In this document: positions 26,499 to 34,858 of the stretch, piece by piece
Position numbering within the stretch: position 1 is the stretch's first letter
Layout: each line of letters opens with the position of its first letter
Source of the DNA: Patescibacteria group bacterium
GTDB taxonomy: Bacteria; Patescibacteriota; Patescibacteriia; Patescibacteriales; UBA12465
Reading direction: 5' to 3'
Assembly: GCA_041651195.1 (NCBI GenBank)
Contig: JBAZJR010000004.1
Coordinates: 26,848-90,847 of the forward strand
Length of the DNA stretch: 64,000 nt
The notes under the pieces: generated by a model
Database searches by the model: none
What the model saw: only the letters and a program-made list of their open reading frames with translations
What the model was told of the DNA's origin: nothing
Position numbers and translations under genes: made by a program

Positions 26499-29400
26499 AT
26501 GGGAAACAATCGATTTAAATTAATTTTTGCTCTGATATTTTTTGTTTGTCTTCTATCCGCTATAAAGATTTCTTTGGCGGCCGAACCGTACAGCGCGCCT
26601 GCTAATAGTTCAGACGCTATTGCGGTCCGGATAATCCCTAATCCTAATCATTACAGTATCGCGCGCTGGTATGAAAGCCAGGGCTTCCAGGGTTCGCCCC
26701 AATCATTATTAGTCGATGGATACGAAGCGATCAGGGATGGCCGGACGGTCTACGTGAATGCGGCTAATATCGATCAAGCTACGCGAACGATTTACACCAA
26801 TATCTATTTGATCTCTTATAATCAGGATTCGGCGCCGAATACAGTCGATATTCTCGGTCAAATTATCGCACATTGGAAATTTAATAATAATCTAGTGGAG
26901 AGCTCTCCGGCCACTTGCTCTGTCTCGGCCTTGAATTGTGCCGCAGACACGGATTGCCCTCAGGGCTCCGCCTGTCTTCTTTCAGGCGGCAGTAACGCCT
27001 ATTCTATTAGCGGCAGTAATGCTTATAATTTTTGCCTTTTGAAGCAGCCTAAGAATTGTTTAGTTGATGCGGATTGTCCGACCGACTATTTTTGTAATAG
27101 TTTGAAAGCGCGGGTTACCCGCGATCTAAAAAGAGTCGGCCGCTTGGAAGAGATGAAAGAGGCCTTAGCTAATTTTAAGAAAACTAATCAATATTATCCG
27201 CGCCTGGCTGCCGGCAGCTATTTAGCGGGTAATAGCATTTCTACTTGGCCGAGCTGGTCGCAAGAATTGCTTTCTAATTTAGCTTTACCCCAGTCTTTCG
27301 TCGATCCGGTCAATCGCCTTGGCGCTTGCCCCGGCTATGACCAGAAGACTTGTTGGAGTGTTGCGGCTAAGAAATTTTTTAATAATCAATCTAATTTTGG
27401 CGCCGTTCAATTAAATTTGCCGCCGGATAGTTATGCTTTTGCCTATGCCACTGACGCGACTGGCTCTAAGTATAGTCTCTGCGCCGTCTTAGAGAGCCGG
27501 ATGCCTTCCTTGGCATACCGTTTTTCTCCTAACGATCCGGCTGATTCCGCTTGTGCCATTTTAGGAATCGGGGGCGATGGGCAAGCCGCCAATACTGCCC
27601 CACAGCTTGTTAATCAATTTCTCGTCGGGGAAGTCGGCCGGGAATTTAACGGCTATATCCAGGTGAAAGATAACGAGAATAATCCTTTAATTTGGACGCT
27701 TGATACTACTGGAACTGACTGGGCTAGCTGGAGCGCCGCGCCAACCCTGAAGGATACGAGCAGTTTTGGCCAAAAGAAAGTTTCTGCCGCCCGGGCGGGA
27801 GCCAAGGGCGATTACAGTCTTAATTTAGGAGTCAATGATGGGAAGTTGACAGTCTCGATCCCCTTGAGCATAAAAATACTTTCTTCCATGATCAATATCG
27901 AGGCGGATGACGCGGCATATATCGCGAATCCGATCGATCGTTTCAGTTACAGCTTTTCTTTTTCCGGCCGCGGCGTTTCGGCCTCGTCTTATTCTCTGAT
28001 TCCCGACCCGGCTAACCCCTTTGATTTATTAGCGGATCTCGGGCCATCTGCCCGGACCGTCAGCTTAATCGGCCCCGATAGATATCGCATCAGCTATAGC
28101 GGCTTTATCCCTAAGTCGCGGACAATAAGTCAAGACTTGGATTTTAAATATAATCTTCGGGTGACAGACAGTCTCGGTAATAGCGCAAATAAGGGCTTCG
28201 CGATCCAGGTCAAAGCGGAAAAGCCCCTATTAGACTTTAATTGTTCGGACGCCGCCCGGGTTGGGATTTTCTATTCTTGTACGCTCGGCGCCTTGCAGCA
28301 AGGCAACCATAATTTAAAATACTCTGCTACTAATCTGCCCGCCGGCTTTAAATTAAGCGCCGGAACCAGCCAATTCCTGCAAGGCAGCTCTGCCTACGCT
28401 ACTGCCTCGCGAGCCACGATCACGGCTACTAATGAATACGGGGCGGCTGTTTCGCGCGATTTTGCGCTGAAGGTAAATACCTATTGTGGCGACGGCGTTA
28501 AGCAGACGCCTAATACGGAAGGGCGCGGCGGCCTGTATAATGACGGATATGAAGATTGCGATATACAAGATTCGGTCGCTTCCGGCATCAGTTTCAGCGC
28601 CGATTCACAGTATGGCTGCCAGACAACTGATTCTTCCGCTCGGCCCTTTCCGATCCTCACTAATGATCAATGCGTTTTTAAATCGCCTACCCAGGGCGGC
28701 GGCTACTGCGGCGACGGTTATTGCCAGGCCAAGATCAATAACGCGGTAAGAGAAACCTGCGATAATTGCGCTGCTGATTGTTGCCAGGCGCAGGCAGTCA
28801 ATAATAATTGTACGCCGCAATGCGCTGGCAAGAGTTGCGGTGACGATGGTTGCGGTGGTTCTTGCGGCCTTTGCGCTTCCAGTCAGACTTGTATTAACGG
28901 GCACTGTATCGGCGCGCAATGTTCGGCCAGCACCCAATGTAATGATAATAATCCCTGTACCGACGAGACCTGTTCCGGCGGCGTCTGTAGCTATAGCCAT
29001 AGCCATAATAGCTTTAAGACCGATTGTACCTATGGTACCTATTACGACTATTTTGCCCTATCGGGGGGCACCGTTGTTGCCACTTCCTCTGATCATAATA
29101 GCCGCTGTTTCATCAAAGGCACTAAATCTTGCAGCCAGGGCGTCTTCGGTGATTGTATAACTCAAGATCCGCGTGCGGGATATTGTACGGATTATGATAA
29201 GAGGTGCGAGGGAGAGACTTATAATGCCACTAAATTAGGAATTAATCTTGCCTCAGTTTGCAACGGCACCTGTGTCAATACGGGCAATGATGATTTCTGT
29301 TTGGATGGCGGCGGTAATAGGATCGACTCAAAGCCCTGTTCCGTCCTATTTAATAATAATCGTTTCAGCGGGAACGCCCCTTGCGATAAAGACTGCACCG

Positions 29401-29843
29401 GTTATACCACTTCCACCGCTTATTGTATCTGTACGCCAGACACCTGCGCGTCTACGGGCCGTGTCTGCGGCAGCGGCTATCCGAACGGCTGCGCTGGCGC
29501 TCCTAATGCCGGCACTCTATATTGCGGCGCTACATCCTCTACCGCTTCTTGCAATTATGGCACTTGTTACGGGACTAAGACCAGGACCTGTTCGGCATCC
29601 GGCACCTGGAATGCCTGGGGAGCCTGTTCTGTGCAGGCGCCGACCTGTGCTTCTTTGAAGTATGTCTGCGGCAGCAAGAATAGCGATGGTTGCGGCGGGT
29701 TGATAAATTGTGGCGCCGATTCCCGGACCAGTCGCTTATGTACAGTATCGGGTAGTAACGGCTATAAAGGGTATTATTTAGATACTTGCGTAAAGGGCGC
29801 TTGGGTCAATGGGATTAACTGTCTGCCGCTTAAGGTAAAATAG
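26499..29843 (+). CDS. Large (1114 aa) secreted cysteine-rich protein with Ig-like region and CGDG-type Cys-rich repeats
   Basis: It has an N-terminal signal peptide (..KISLAAEP). CGDG motifs are present (YCGDGVKQTPN..YEDCD and GGYCGDGYCQ..ETCDNCAADC), and the C-terminal third is dense in Cys. It starts 9 nt after the previous stop. Confidence 0.9.
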   Translation: MGNNRFKLIFALIFFVCLLSAIKISLAAEPYSAPANSSDAIAVRIIPNPNHYSIARWYESQGFQGSPQSLLVDGYEAIRDGRTVYVNAANIDQATRTIYTNIYLISYNQDSAPNTVDILGQIIAHWKFNNNLVESSPATCSVSALNCAADTDCPQGSACLLSGGSNAYSISGSNAYNFCLLKQPKNCLVDADCPTDYFCNSLKARVTRDLKRVGRLEEMKEALANFKKTNQYYPRLAAGSYLAGNSISTWPSWSQELLSNLALPQSFVDPVNRLGACPGYDQKTCWSVAAKKFFNNQSNFGAVQLNLPPDSYAFAYATDATGSKYSLCAVLESRMPSLAYRFSPNDPADSACAILGIGGDGQAANTAPQLVNQFLVGEVGREFNGYIQVKDNENNPLIWTLDTTGTDWASWSAAPTLKDTSSFGQKKVSAARAGAKGDYSLNLGVNDGKLTVSIPLSIKILSSMINIEADDAAYIANPIDRFSYSFSFSGRGVSASSYSLIPDPANPFDLLADLGPSARTVSLIGPDRYRISYSGFIPKSRTISQDLDFKYNLRVTDSLGNSANKGFAIQVKAEKPLLDFNCSDAARVGIFYSCTLGALQQGNHNLKYSATNLPAGFKLSAGTSQFLQGSSAYATASRATITATNEYGAAVSRDFALKVNTYCGDGVKQTPNTEGRGGLYNDGYEDCDIQDSVASGISFSADSQYGCQTTDSSARPFPILTNDQCVFKSPTQGGGYCGDGYCQAKINNAVRETCDNCAADCCQAQAVNNNCTPQCAGKSCGDDGCGGSCGLCASSQTCINGHCIGAQCSASTQCNDNNPCTDETCSGGVCSYSHSHNSFKTDCTYGTYYDYFALSGGTVVATSSDHNSRCFIKGTKSCSQGVFGDCITQDPRAGYCTDYDKRCEGETYNATKLGINLASVCNGTCVNTGNDDFCLDGGGNRIDSKPCSVLFNNNRFSGNAPCDKDCTGYTTSTAYCICTPDTCASTGRVCGSGYPNGCAGAPNAGTLYCGATSSTASCNYGTCYGTKTRTCSASGTWNAWGACSVQAPTCASLKYVCGSKNSDGCGGLINCGADSRTSRLCTVSGSNGYKGYYLDTCVKGAWVNGINCLPLKVK

Positions 29844-29859
29844 CTTATCATATAAAGAT

Positions 29860-30177
29860 ATGAGTAATAGAAATAAAATTATCTTAATTGCTCTCGGCCT
29901 GGCTCTGATCGTTATGCTAGCCCTTCTGATTTGGCTCGGATTTTCTCCATCTGATATTACGAACCAACCGACCGGAGGGGCCACCGCCATAGAATTTATG
30001 ACGGATCAGGAAAAAGATGTCCTCCAGGTGCCGCGGGATCTTCGGGCGCAAGTAATTACCAGAGAGGCCGATGGCGGGATCGGCGTGTATAAGATCATCA
30101 GTTCTGATAATGAGGTCGTCCTCGATCCGGCTCAAGTTCCGCCGATCAGCCCGCGGCAAAAAAATTCCCTCCGTTAA
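29860..30177 (+). CDS. Small N-terminally membrane-anchored protein
   Basis: This is a 105-aa ORF with the TM IILIALGLALIVMLALLIWLGF. It starts 16 nt after the previous stop. Confidence 0.55.
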   Translation: MSNRNKIILIALGLALIVMLALLIWLGFSPSDITNQPTGGATAIEFMTDQEKDVLQVPRDLRAQVITREADGGIGVYKIISSDNEVVLDPAQVPPISPRQKNSLR

Positions 30178-30242
30178 ATCTGGGTCTGGCCAAGGCCGCG
30201 GTTATCAGATATAATTAAGGTAATAATAAATAAGAGAAAAAT

Positions 30243-31016
30243 ATGTTTAATGATTTAAACAATCCGAATAACCAGGGTCGCCCGGCGGTAGACGATATTT
30301 TTGCCGAGACCGATAAGAGCGCCGATGGCGCTCCGACAAATAGCGCAAACGCGGCAGCCGGTATCGATACGAAGCACGTCGGCCTGACTGCTACGGATGG
30401 GATGATGGGAGAGGCGGCGGAAAGGACGATCGGCAATAAATGGTTTAAGATCAGCCTTATTTCCATTATCGCGGCGATTGTTATCCTCGGCGCCTACTTG
30501 CTTTATAGCAAGGTCTTTAAGGCGAGTCCGGATATTAATTCTCCTGCCACCATTACTCCGTCCGAATCCTCCGTAATTACCCCAAGTCCATCTGAAAATG
30601 CGCCAGTTGCTCCAGCGGCTAGCGACTCAGGCTCTTTTGTAATCCCGACCGGAGACGGAATAACGGGCTCAGAAGTTATCCCTGATATTCCGGGAGTTAA
30701 CGCGCCAGGAATAGTTGACACGGCGACTACGGTTGAAGATATTATATTGGATAACCCGGTAGTCCCGATCGATTCCGATAGCGATGGCCTGACCGATAGC
30801 GAAGAACAGGCCGCGGGCACTAATATCAATGTGATCGATACTGATAATGACGGTTTGAGCGACTATGAAGAAGTAAAGATTTACCGCACCAACCCTTTGA
30901 GCGCCGATACAGACGGCGATAGTTATTTAGACGGCGCGGAAGTTAAGAGCGGCTATGACCCGAATGGGACAGGAAAATTAAATGGAGTGCCGGATAGCGT
31001 TAAGTCCGCTGAATAA
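30243..31016 (+). CDS. Single-pass membrane protein with thrombospondin-type-3-like acidic (Ca-binding type) repeats
   Basis: It has a cytoplasmic N-terminus, the TM ISLISIIAAIVILGAYLLY, a P/S/T linker and DSDSDGLTDSEE..DTDNDGLSDYEE..DTDGDSYLDGAE, ending GYDPNGTGK. Confidence 0.8.
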   Translation: MFNDLNNPNNQGRPAVDDIFAETDKSADGAPTNSANAAAGIDTKHVGLTATDGMMGEAAERTIGNKWFKISLISIIAAIVILGAYLLYSKVFKASPDINSPATITPSESSVITPSPSENAPVAPAASDSGSFVIPTGDGITGSEVIPDIPGVNAPGIVDTATTVEDIILDNPVVPIDSDSDGLTDSEEQAAGTNINVIDTDNDGLSDYEEVKIYRTNPLSADTDGDSYLDGAEVKSGYDPNGTGKLNGVPDSVKSAE

Positions 31017-31027
31017 AATTTTGTATT

Positions 31028-31222
31028 ATGCTGACGAATAATGAAAATAAATCGCCGGCGCGATCTCGGGCCATTGGCGTTAAGCAGGCTTTGCCTCGTT
31101 TATCCCTAAGTTTGCACACCATGCCCCAGACTGCCGATAGCCATTTTAAAAAATGGCTATTTTTGGGACTTTTGATTTTCGGACTCATGGTCTTGATCGC
31201 TTTTTTAATCTTTTGGCAATAA
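31028..31222 (+). CDS. Possible small tail-anchored membrane protein
   Basis: This 64-aa ORF fills the gap and has the C-terminal TM WLFLGLLIFGLMVLIAFLIFW. No homology is recognisable. Confidence 0.35.
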   Translation: MLTNNENKSPARSRAIGVKQALPRLSLSLHTMPQTADSHFKKWLFLGLLIFGLMVLIAFLIFWQ

Positions 31223-31242
31223 TTTAAAGACGGGTCCAACTT

Positions 31243-32253
31243 ATGTTCAAAAAGAAGAAGAAAATTGAACAAAATACAGAAATTATCAGCCAGCTGAATC
31301 AGGAGATGGTTGTCCATAATATGCCGAAAGCCTCAAAATTAGGGGATATTTATGCTGTCGGCGCGGCTCCCGCCGTGATTCCTGTTGCGCCGCCTATTCC
31401 TGCGACGCAGCCGTCAGCTCCCGTTCGGGCCAATTTTAAAGCTACCGGCGTGATAATCATGGTGGCCGGTTTCTTGGTTATCGCTGGTTTAGTCTATCTA
31501 AGCTATCGTTTCATTATTGCGCCGTCTACTGAGACTGGTCAGGGAACAGTTGTCCCGGACGTGACCCCGGCTATTATTCCGGCCGCGACAAGCGTTGAGC
31601 CGGTTATGCCGTCTACAGATATTGCGACAATCGCGCCGCTGATTGATTTAGCGACCACGACCGTTGTAACGCCTGATGAAGAGCCGGAAGATGTTGATCC
31701 TCTTTTATTCCCGGATGCCGATAAAGACGGATTAAATGATGGCGAAGAAGCGCTGCTTGGAACGACCGCAACGTCGACCGATTCCGATAGCGACGGATAT
31801 TCCGATTTCGCGGAGACTATCAACGGATATGATCCGACAGGAGCTGGCAAGATCAGCGCTAATGCCCAACTCGCCAAGCACGCTAATCAAGCCTTTTCCT
31901 ATGAATTACTATACCCTAAAGGTTGGCCGATCCAGACTTTGAATGGCGACGCGACGACTATCTTTACCGCGCCAGATAATTCTTTAATCCAGGTTTCGGT
32001 GCAGGACAATCCGAATCAGTCGGGGATATTGAGCTGGTATGAGGAAAGCTTCCCGAATCTAGCGATCACTTATGATAAGGTCAGGAGCACCTACAGCTGG
32101 GAGGGGATAATGGGCGAGAGCGGCCTGAATTTCTATCTGACAGATAAGCAGCGTTCTAACATTTTCGTTATCTCTTATATTCCGGCCCTAGAGAGCCGCA
32201 TCGCCTATCCGACCATCTTCCAATTGATGATCAACTCTATTTTTATAAAATAA
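31243..32253 (+). CDS. Single-pass membrane protein with thrombospondin-type-3-like repeats plus a C-terminal globular domain
   Basis: It has the TM GVIIMVAGFLVIAGLVYLSY, a P/T/V linker and DADKDGLNDGEE..DSDSDGYSDFAE..GYDPTGAGK. The architecture is paralogous to 30243-31016. Confidence 0.8.
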   Translation: MFKKKKKIEQNTEIISQLNQEMVVHNMPKASKLGDIYAVGAAPAVIPVAPPIPATQPSAPVRANFKATGVIIMVAGFLVIAGLVYLSYRFIIAPSTETGQGTVVPDVTPAIIPAATSVEPVMPSTDIATIAPLIDLATTTVVTPDEEPEDVDPLLFPDADKDGLNDGEEALLGTTATSTDSDSDGYSDFAETINGYDPTGAGKISANAQLAKHANQAFSYELLYPKGWPIQTLNGDATTIFTAPDNSLIQVSVQDNPNQSGILSWYEESFPNLAITYDKVRSTYSWEGIMGESGLNFYLTDKQRSNIFVISYIPALESRIAYPTIFQLMINSIFIK

Positions 32254-32270
32254 ATTTTTTTATAGATAGA

Positions 32271-32300
32271 AAAACTCCGCGGTTACAGCCGCGGAGTTTT
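32271..32300. terminator. Bidirectional intrinsic terminator
   Basis: The sequence is AAAACTCCGCGG-TTACAG-CCGCGGAGTTTT, between convergent genes. Confidence 0.8.
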
Positions 32301-32321
32301 AAAATGACTGGTTGAGCCGAT

Positions 32322-32906
32322 TTAGGCTTTCAGGCCGATGACTTTATCGATCAATCCATAGCGCATCGCCTCGGATGACGTCATGAAATTATCGCGGTCG
32401 CTATCCTTTTCTATAGTCGTGATTTTTTGTCCAGTATGGAGGGCTAGAATCTTATTCATATTATCCTTTATCTTCAGGATATGTTCAGCCCGAATTTTGA
32501 TATCAGAGGCTTGTCCCTCGGCACCGCCCATGACTTGATGGATCATGATTTCGCTATTCGGCAAGGCGAAGCGCTTTCCTTTTTTCCCGGCCGCCAAGAG
32601 GACGGAAGCCATTGAGGCTGCCAAACCGACGCAGATCGTGGAAACATCGGATTTGATATATTGCATCGTATCATAAATAGCCAGACCGGAAGAAACCGAG
32701 CCGCCCGGAGAGTTGATATAGAATTTGATATCTTGGTCTTTATTTTCCGCGTCTAAGAATAAGAGCTGGGCAATGACGATATTAGCGACATGATCATCGA
32801 TCGGTTCGCCCAAGAAGATGATCCGATCGCGGAGCAGGCGGGAATAGATATCGTAAGCCCGCTCCATCTGACCCTCCTTTTCGATTACGGTTGGGATAAG
32901 TGGCAT
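32322..32906 (-). CDS. clpP: ATP-dependent Clp protease proteolytic subunit
   Basis: It matches ClpP along its full length ([16 protein letters not shown], catalytic Ser in GLAASMAS, His in MIHQ). Confidence 0.95.
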   Translation of the reverse strand: MPLIPTVIEKEGQMERAYDIYSRLLRDRIIFLGEPIDDHVANIVIAQLLFLDAENKDQDIKFYINSPGGSVSSGLAIYDTMQYIKSDVSTICVGLAASMASVLLAAGKKGKRFALPNSEIMIHQVMGGAEGQASDIKIRAEHILKIKDNMNKILALHTGQKITTIEKDSDRDNFMTSSEAMRYGLIDKVIGLKA

Positions 32907-32965
32907 ATAGAAAAATTACTTATATTAGACTTTTATTATAGACAAAATTAGCACTTTTTTAAATA

Positions 32966-32994
32966 TTGACTAAATGATAACTGTATGTTATTAT
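32966..32994 (+). promoter_or_regulatory. Strong sigma70-like promoter (TTGACT-17-TGtTATTAT) pointing away from clpP
   Basis: The -35 is TTGACT at 32966-32971, followed by a 17-nt spacer. The extended -10 is TG (32986-32987) plus TATTAT at 32989-32994. Confidence 0.5.
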
Positions 32995-33000
32995 TTTAAA

Positions 33001-33134
33001 TTCCAATTATATTAAAAGTTTAGCGTTCGGTAAATAAATTATAAAAATTAAAATCGGTTCTTATGAAGTAATTCATAAGATTCCGTCCCTAAAGTAGCCT
33101 GGAGCGTGTCACACACCGCGTTCCAGGTTTTTTT
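33001..33134 (+). ncRNA. Candidate ~130-nt small RNA or secDF leader/attenuator (no known family recognised)
   Basis: It is bounded by the promoter above and an 11-bp-stem hairpin (33098-33127, two G-U pairs) followed by T7 (33128-33134). It contains a 7-bp hairpin with a GUAA tetraloop (33061-33078). The only ORF is ATG-AAG-TAA. Confidence 0.35.
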
Positions 33135-33209
33135 ATCCGGCGGACAGTATTCGCGGTAGCAGCCAGCCCCTTGATTTTTATCGCCGGCTGGTCTAAGATA
33201 AAATTAGTT

Positions 33210-33237
33210 TTGCTAATATAAAAGAATTCTTTATTAT
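33210..33237 (+). promoter_or_regulatory. Possible proximal secD promoter
   Basis: TTGCTA, a 16-nt spacer and TATTAT lie about 35 nt upstream of ATG 33273. This is a pattern match only. Confidence 0.3.
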
Positions 33238-33272
33238 TCTGCCCTATTTCGGGCGTTTTTCGCTCCAAATCT

Positions 33273-34847
33273 ATGTCAATCATCCAAAAGTTTTCCAAAC
33301 TCTCTGCCCGGGCTAAAGCCTGGTGGCTCTTGGTCCTTATCTTTATTTTTACCATCGCCATCGGCCTAGTCGTCGCTGGCAGCCGTTATAATGATTTTTC
33401 TAAGGCGCTGGCGAGCAGAACTAATGGGATCATCGTTTTACCCCAAGTTAAAGATATTCCTTTCAGCCTCGGCTTGGATCTGCAGGGTGGCGCCCATCTA
33501 GTTTATCAGGCTGATGTCAACAGCATCCCGGAAGCTGACCGCGCCGGAGCCATGGAGGCGGCTCGCGATGTTATTGAACGTCGGGTTAATGCTTTCGGCG
33601 TCAGTGAACCCCTAGTCACGGTTAATCGGAGCATTGCCGGCGATTATCAGATTATCGCTGAGCTAGCCGGCATTAAAGATGTTTCCGAGGCTATTAAGAC
33701 CATTGGCGAAACTCCGATCCTAGAATTTAAAGAGCAGGGCGATATGGCACAAGTCGTTCCGGCCGCCTCTGCCGATCCCGCCGCTTCTGAAAACGAGATG
33801 GTCCTGGATCTAGAGCAGTCGTGGCAGAATACAGAATTAAGCGGCAAATATTTAAAACGCGCCTCCGTCCAATTTAATCAGAATGACGGTTCGCCGGAAG
33901 TTTCTTTAGAGTTTAACGCCGAAGGGGCGAAAATTTTTGAAGAGATAACCAGCCGCAACATCGGCAAGCCGGTCGCGATCTTCTTGGACGGTTACGTCAT
34001 CAGCGCGCCGAATGTCAATGAAAAAATCAGCGGCGGACAGGCCTCTATTTCTGGGAGTTTCAGCGTAGAAGAGGCTAAGCTTTTGGTCACTAGGCTGAAT
34101 TCCGGCGCCTTGCCGGTACCGATTTCTTTAATTTCCCAAAAGACCGTGGAAGCCAGTCTAGGCTCCGTTTCTATCGATAATAGTCTTAAGGCCGGGCTGA
34201 TCGGCTTATTGCTTGTGTCTTTATTTATGATCCTGTATTATCGCCTCCCCGGGTTTTTATCAGTCCTGTCTTTATTGGTTTATGGCTTGACGGTTCTAGC
34301 TATTTTCAAATCTCTGCCGGTTTGGTTAGCCCTGGTCTTAATCATCATCATGATCGGCTCGATTTTTTATGTTTTCAATGAATTGAAGATATTCAATGGC
34401 ACTTTAGCCTTATTATTCATTATCGTCGGCTTTCTTTTATTTTTTTACGCGTTACAATCAGTTACTTTATCGCTCTCCGGTATCGCTGGTTTTATCCTTT
34501 CTTTGGGTATTGCCGTTGATGCGAATGTTTTGATCTTCTCGCGGACGCGGGAAGAGTTGAAAGCTGGCAAGACGGTTTCTCAGGCGGTTAATGACGGCTT
34601 TAAACGAGCCTGGCCGTCTATCCGTGACGGCAATGTTTCTACGATCATCACCTGCCTGATCCTAATGTTCTTCGGCACCTCGACTATCCAGGGTTTCGGC
34701 ACGACCTTATTCATCGGTATCGTGATCTCTTTATTTACCGCTATCGTCGTTACCCATACTTTGTTCGTAGTCATCTTGGGCGATTGGCTGGAGAAGAGGA
34801 CCTGGCTCTTGGGCGTGCGTCGCCCGAAGGCGGAAGCACAAAAATAA
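33273..34847 (+). CDS. secD: Protein translocase subunit SecD
   Basis: It has an N-terminal TM, a large periplasmic domain (LGLDLQGGAHLVY) and a C-terminal 5-TM bundle (GIAVDANVLIFSRTREE). Confidence 0.92.
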   Translation: MSIIQKFSKLSARAKAWWLLVLIFIFTIAIGLVVAGSRYNDFSKALASRTNGIIVLPQVKDIPFSLGLDLQGGAHLVYQADVNSIPEADRAGAMEAARDVIERRVNAFGVSEPLVTVNRSIAGDYQIIAELAGIKDVSEAIKTIGETPILEFKEQGDMAQVVPAASADPAASENEMVLDLEQSWQNTELSGKYLKRASVQFNQNDGSPEVSLEFNAEGAKIFEEITSRNIGKPVAIFLDGYVISAPNVNEKISGGQASISGSFSVEEAKLLVTRLNSGALPVPISLISQKTVEASLGSVSIDNSLKAGLIGLLLVSLFMILYYRLPGFLSVLSLLVYGLTVLAIFKSLPVWLALVLIIIMIGSIFYVFNELKIFNGTLALLFIIVGFLLFFYALQSVTLSLSGIAGFILSLGIAVDANVLIFSRTREELKAGKTVSQAVNDGFKRAWPSIRDGNVSTIITCLILMFFGTSTIQGFGTTLFIGIVISLFTAIVVTHTLFVVILGDWLEKRTWLLGVRRPKAEAQK

Positions 34848-34858
34848 TAATTAATCAT

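Noticed and set aside
20703-29658. Many 60-190 aa ORFs lie antisense or out of frame inside the three giant genes (for example 22665-23234 minus, 23783-24202 minus, 28605-29006 minus, 29248-29658 plus).
   Set aside because: They lie wholly within long, domain-rich ORFs. Their translations are low-complexity (Ala/Arg/Ser/Ile-rich), as expected of shadow frames in GC-richer Cys/Gly codon runs. They have no independent start context.
31000-31317. A 105-aa minus-strand ORF across the 31016-31243 gap.
   Set aside because: It is antisense to the ends of two plus-strand cluster genes. The plus-strand 64-aa tail-anchored ORF is a slightly better explanation, though still uncertain.
33137-33191. An SRP (4.5S) RNA-like element, suggested by GGTAGCAGCCA resembling the GGAAGCAGCCA of helix 8.
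   Set aside because: The surrounding sequence does not form the conserved helix-8 symmetric and asymmetric loops or a GGAA tetraloop. Only a CCGGCG/CGCCGG and CCAGCC/GGCTGG pairing is evident.
33089-33361. A 90-aa minus-strand ORF spanning the clpP-secD intergenic region and the secD start.
   Set aside because: It overlaps the secD N-terminus and the terminator hairpin. It has no homology or start context. The region is better explained as promoter, RNA structure and terminator on the plus strand.
34784-34858. Upstream extensions of secF (34784), pilD (38074), hisS (13848), ruvB (9964) and the M16 peptidase (4923) as listed in the ORF track.
   Set aside because: Each extension overlaps the preceding gene or uses a non-ATG start. 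An internal ATG gives the conserved N-terminus right after the upstream stop.
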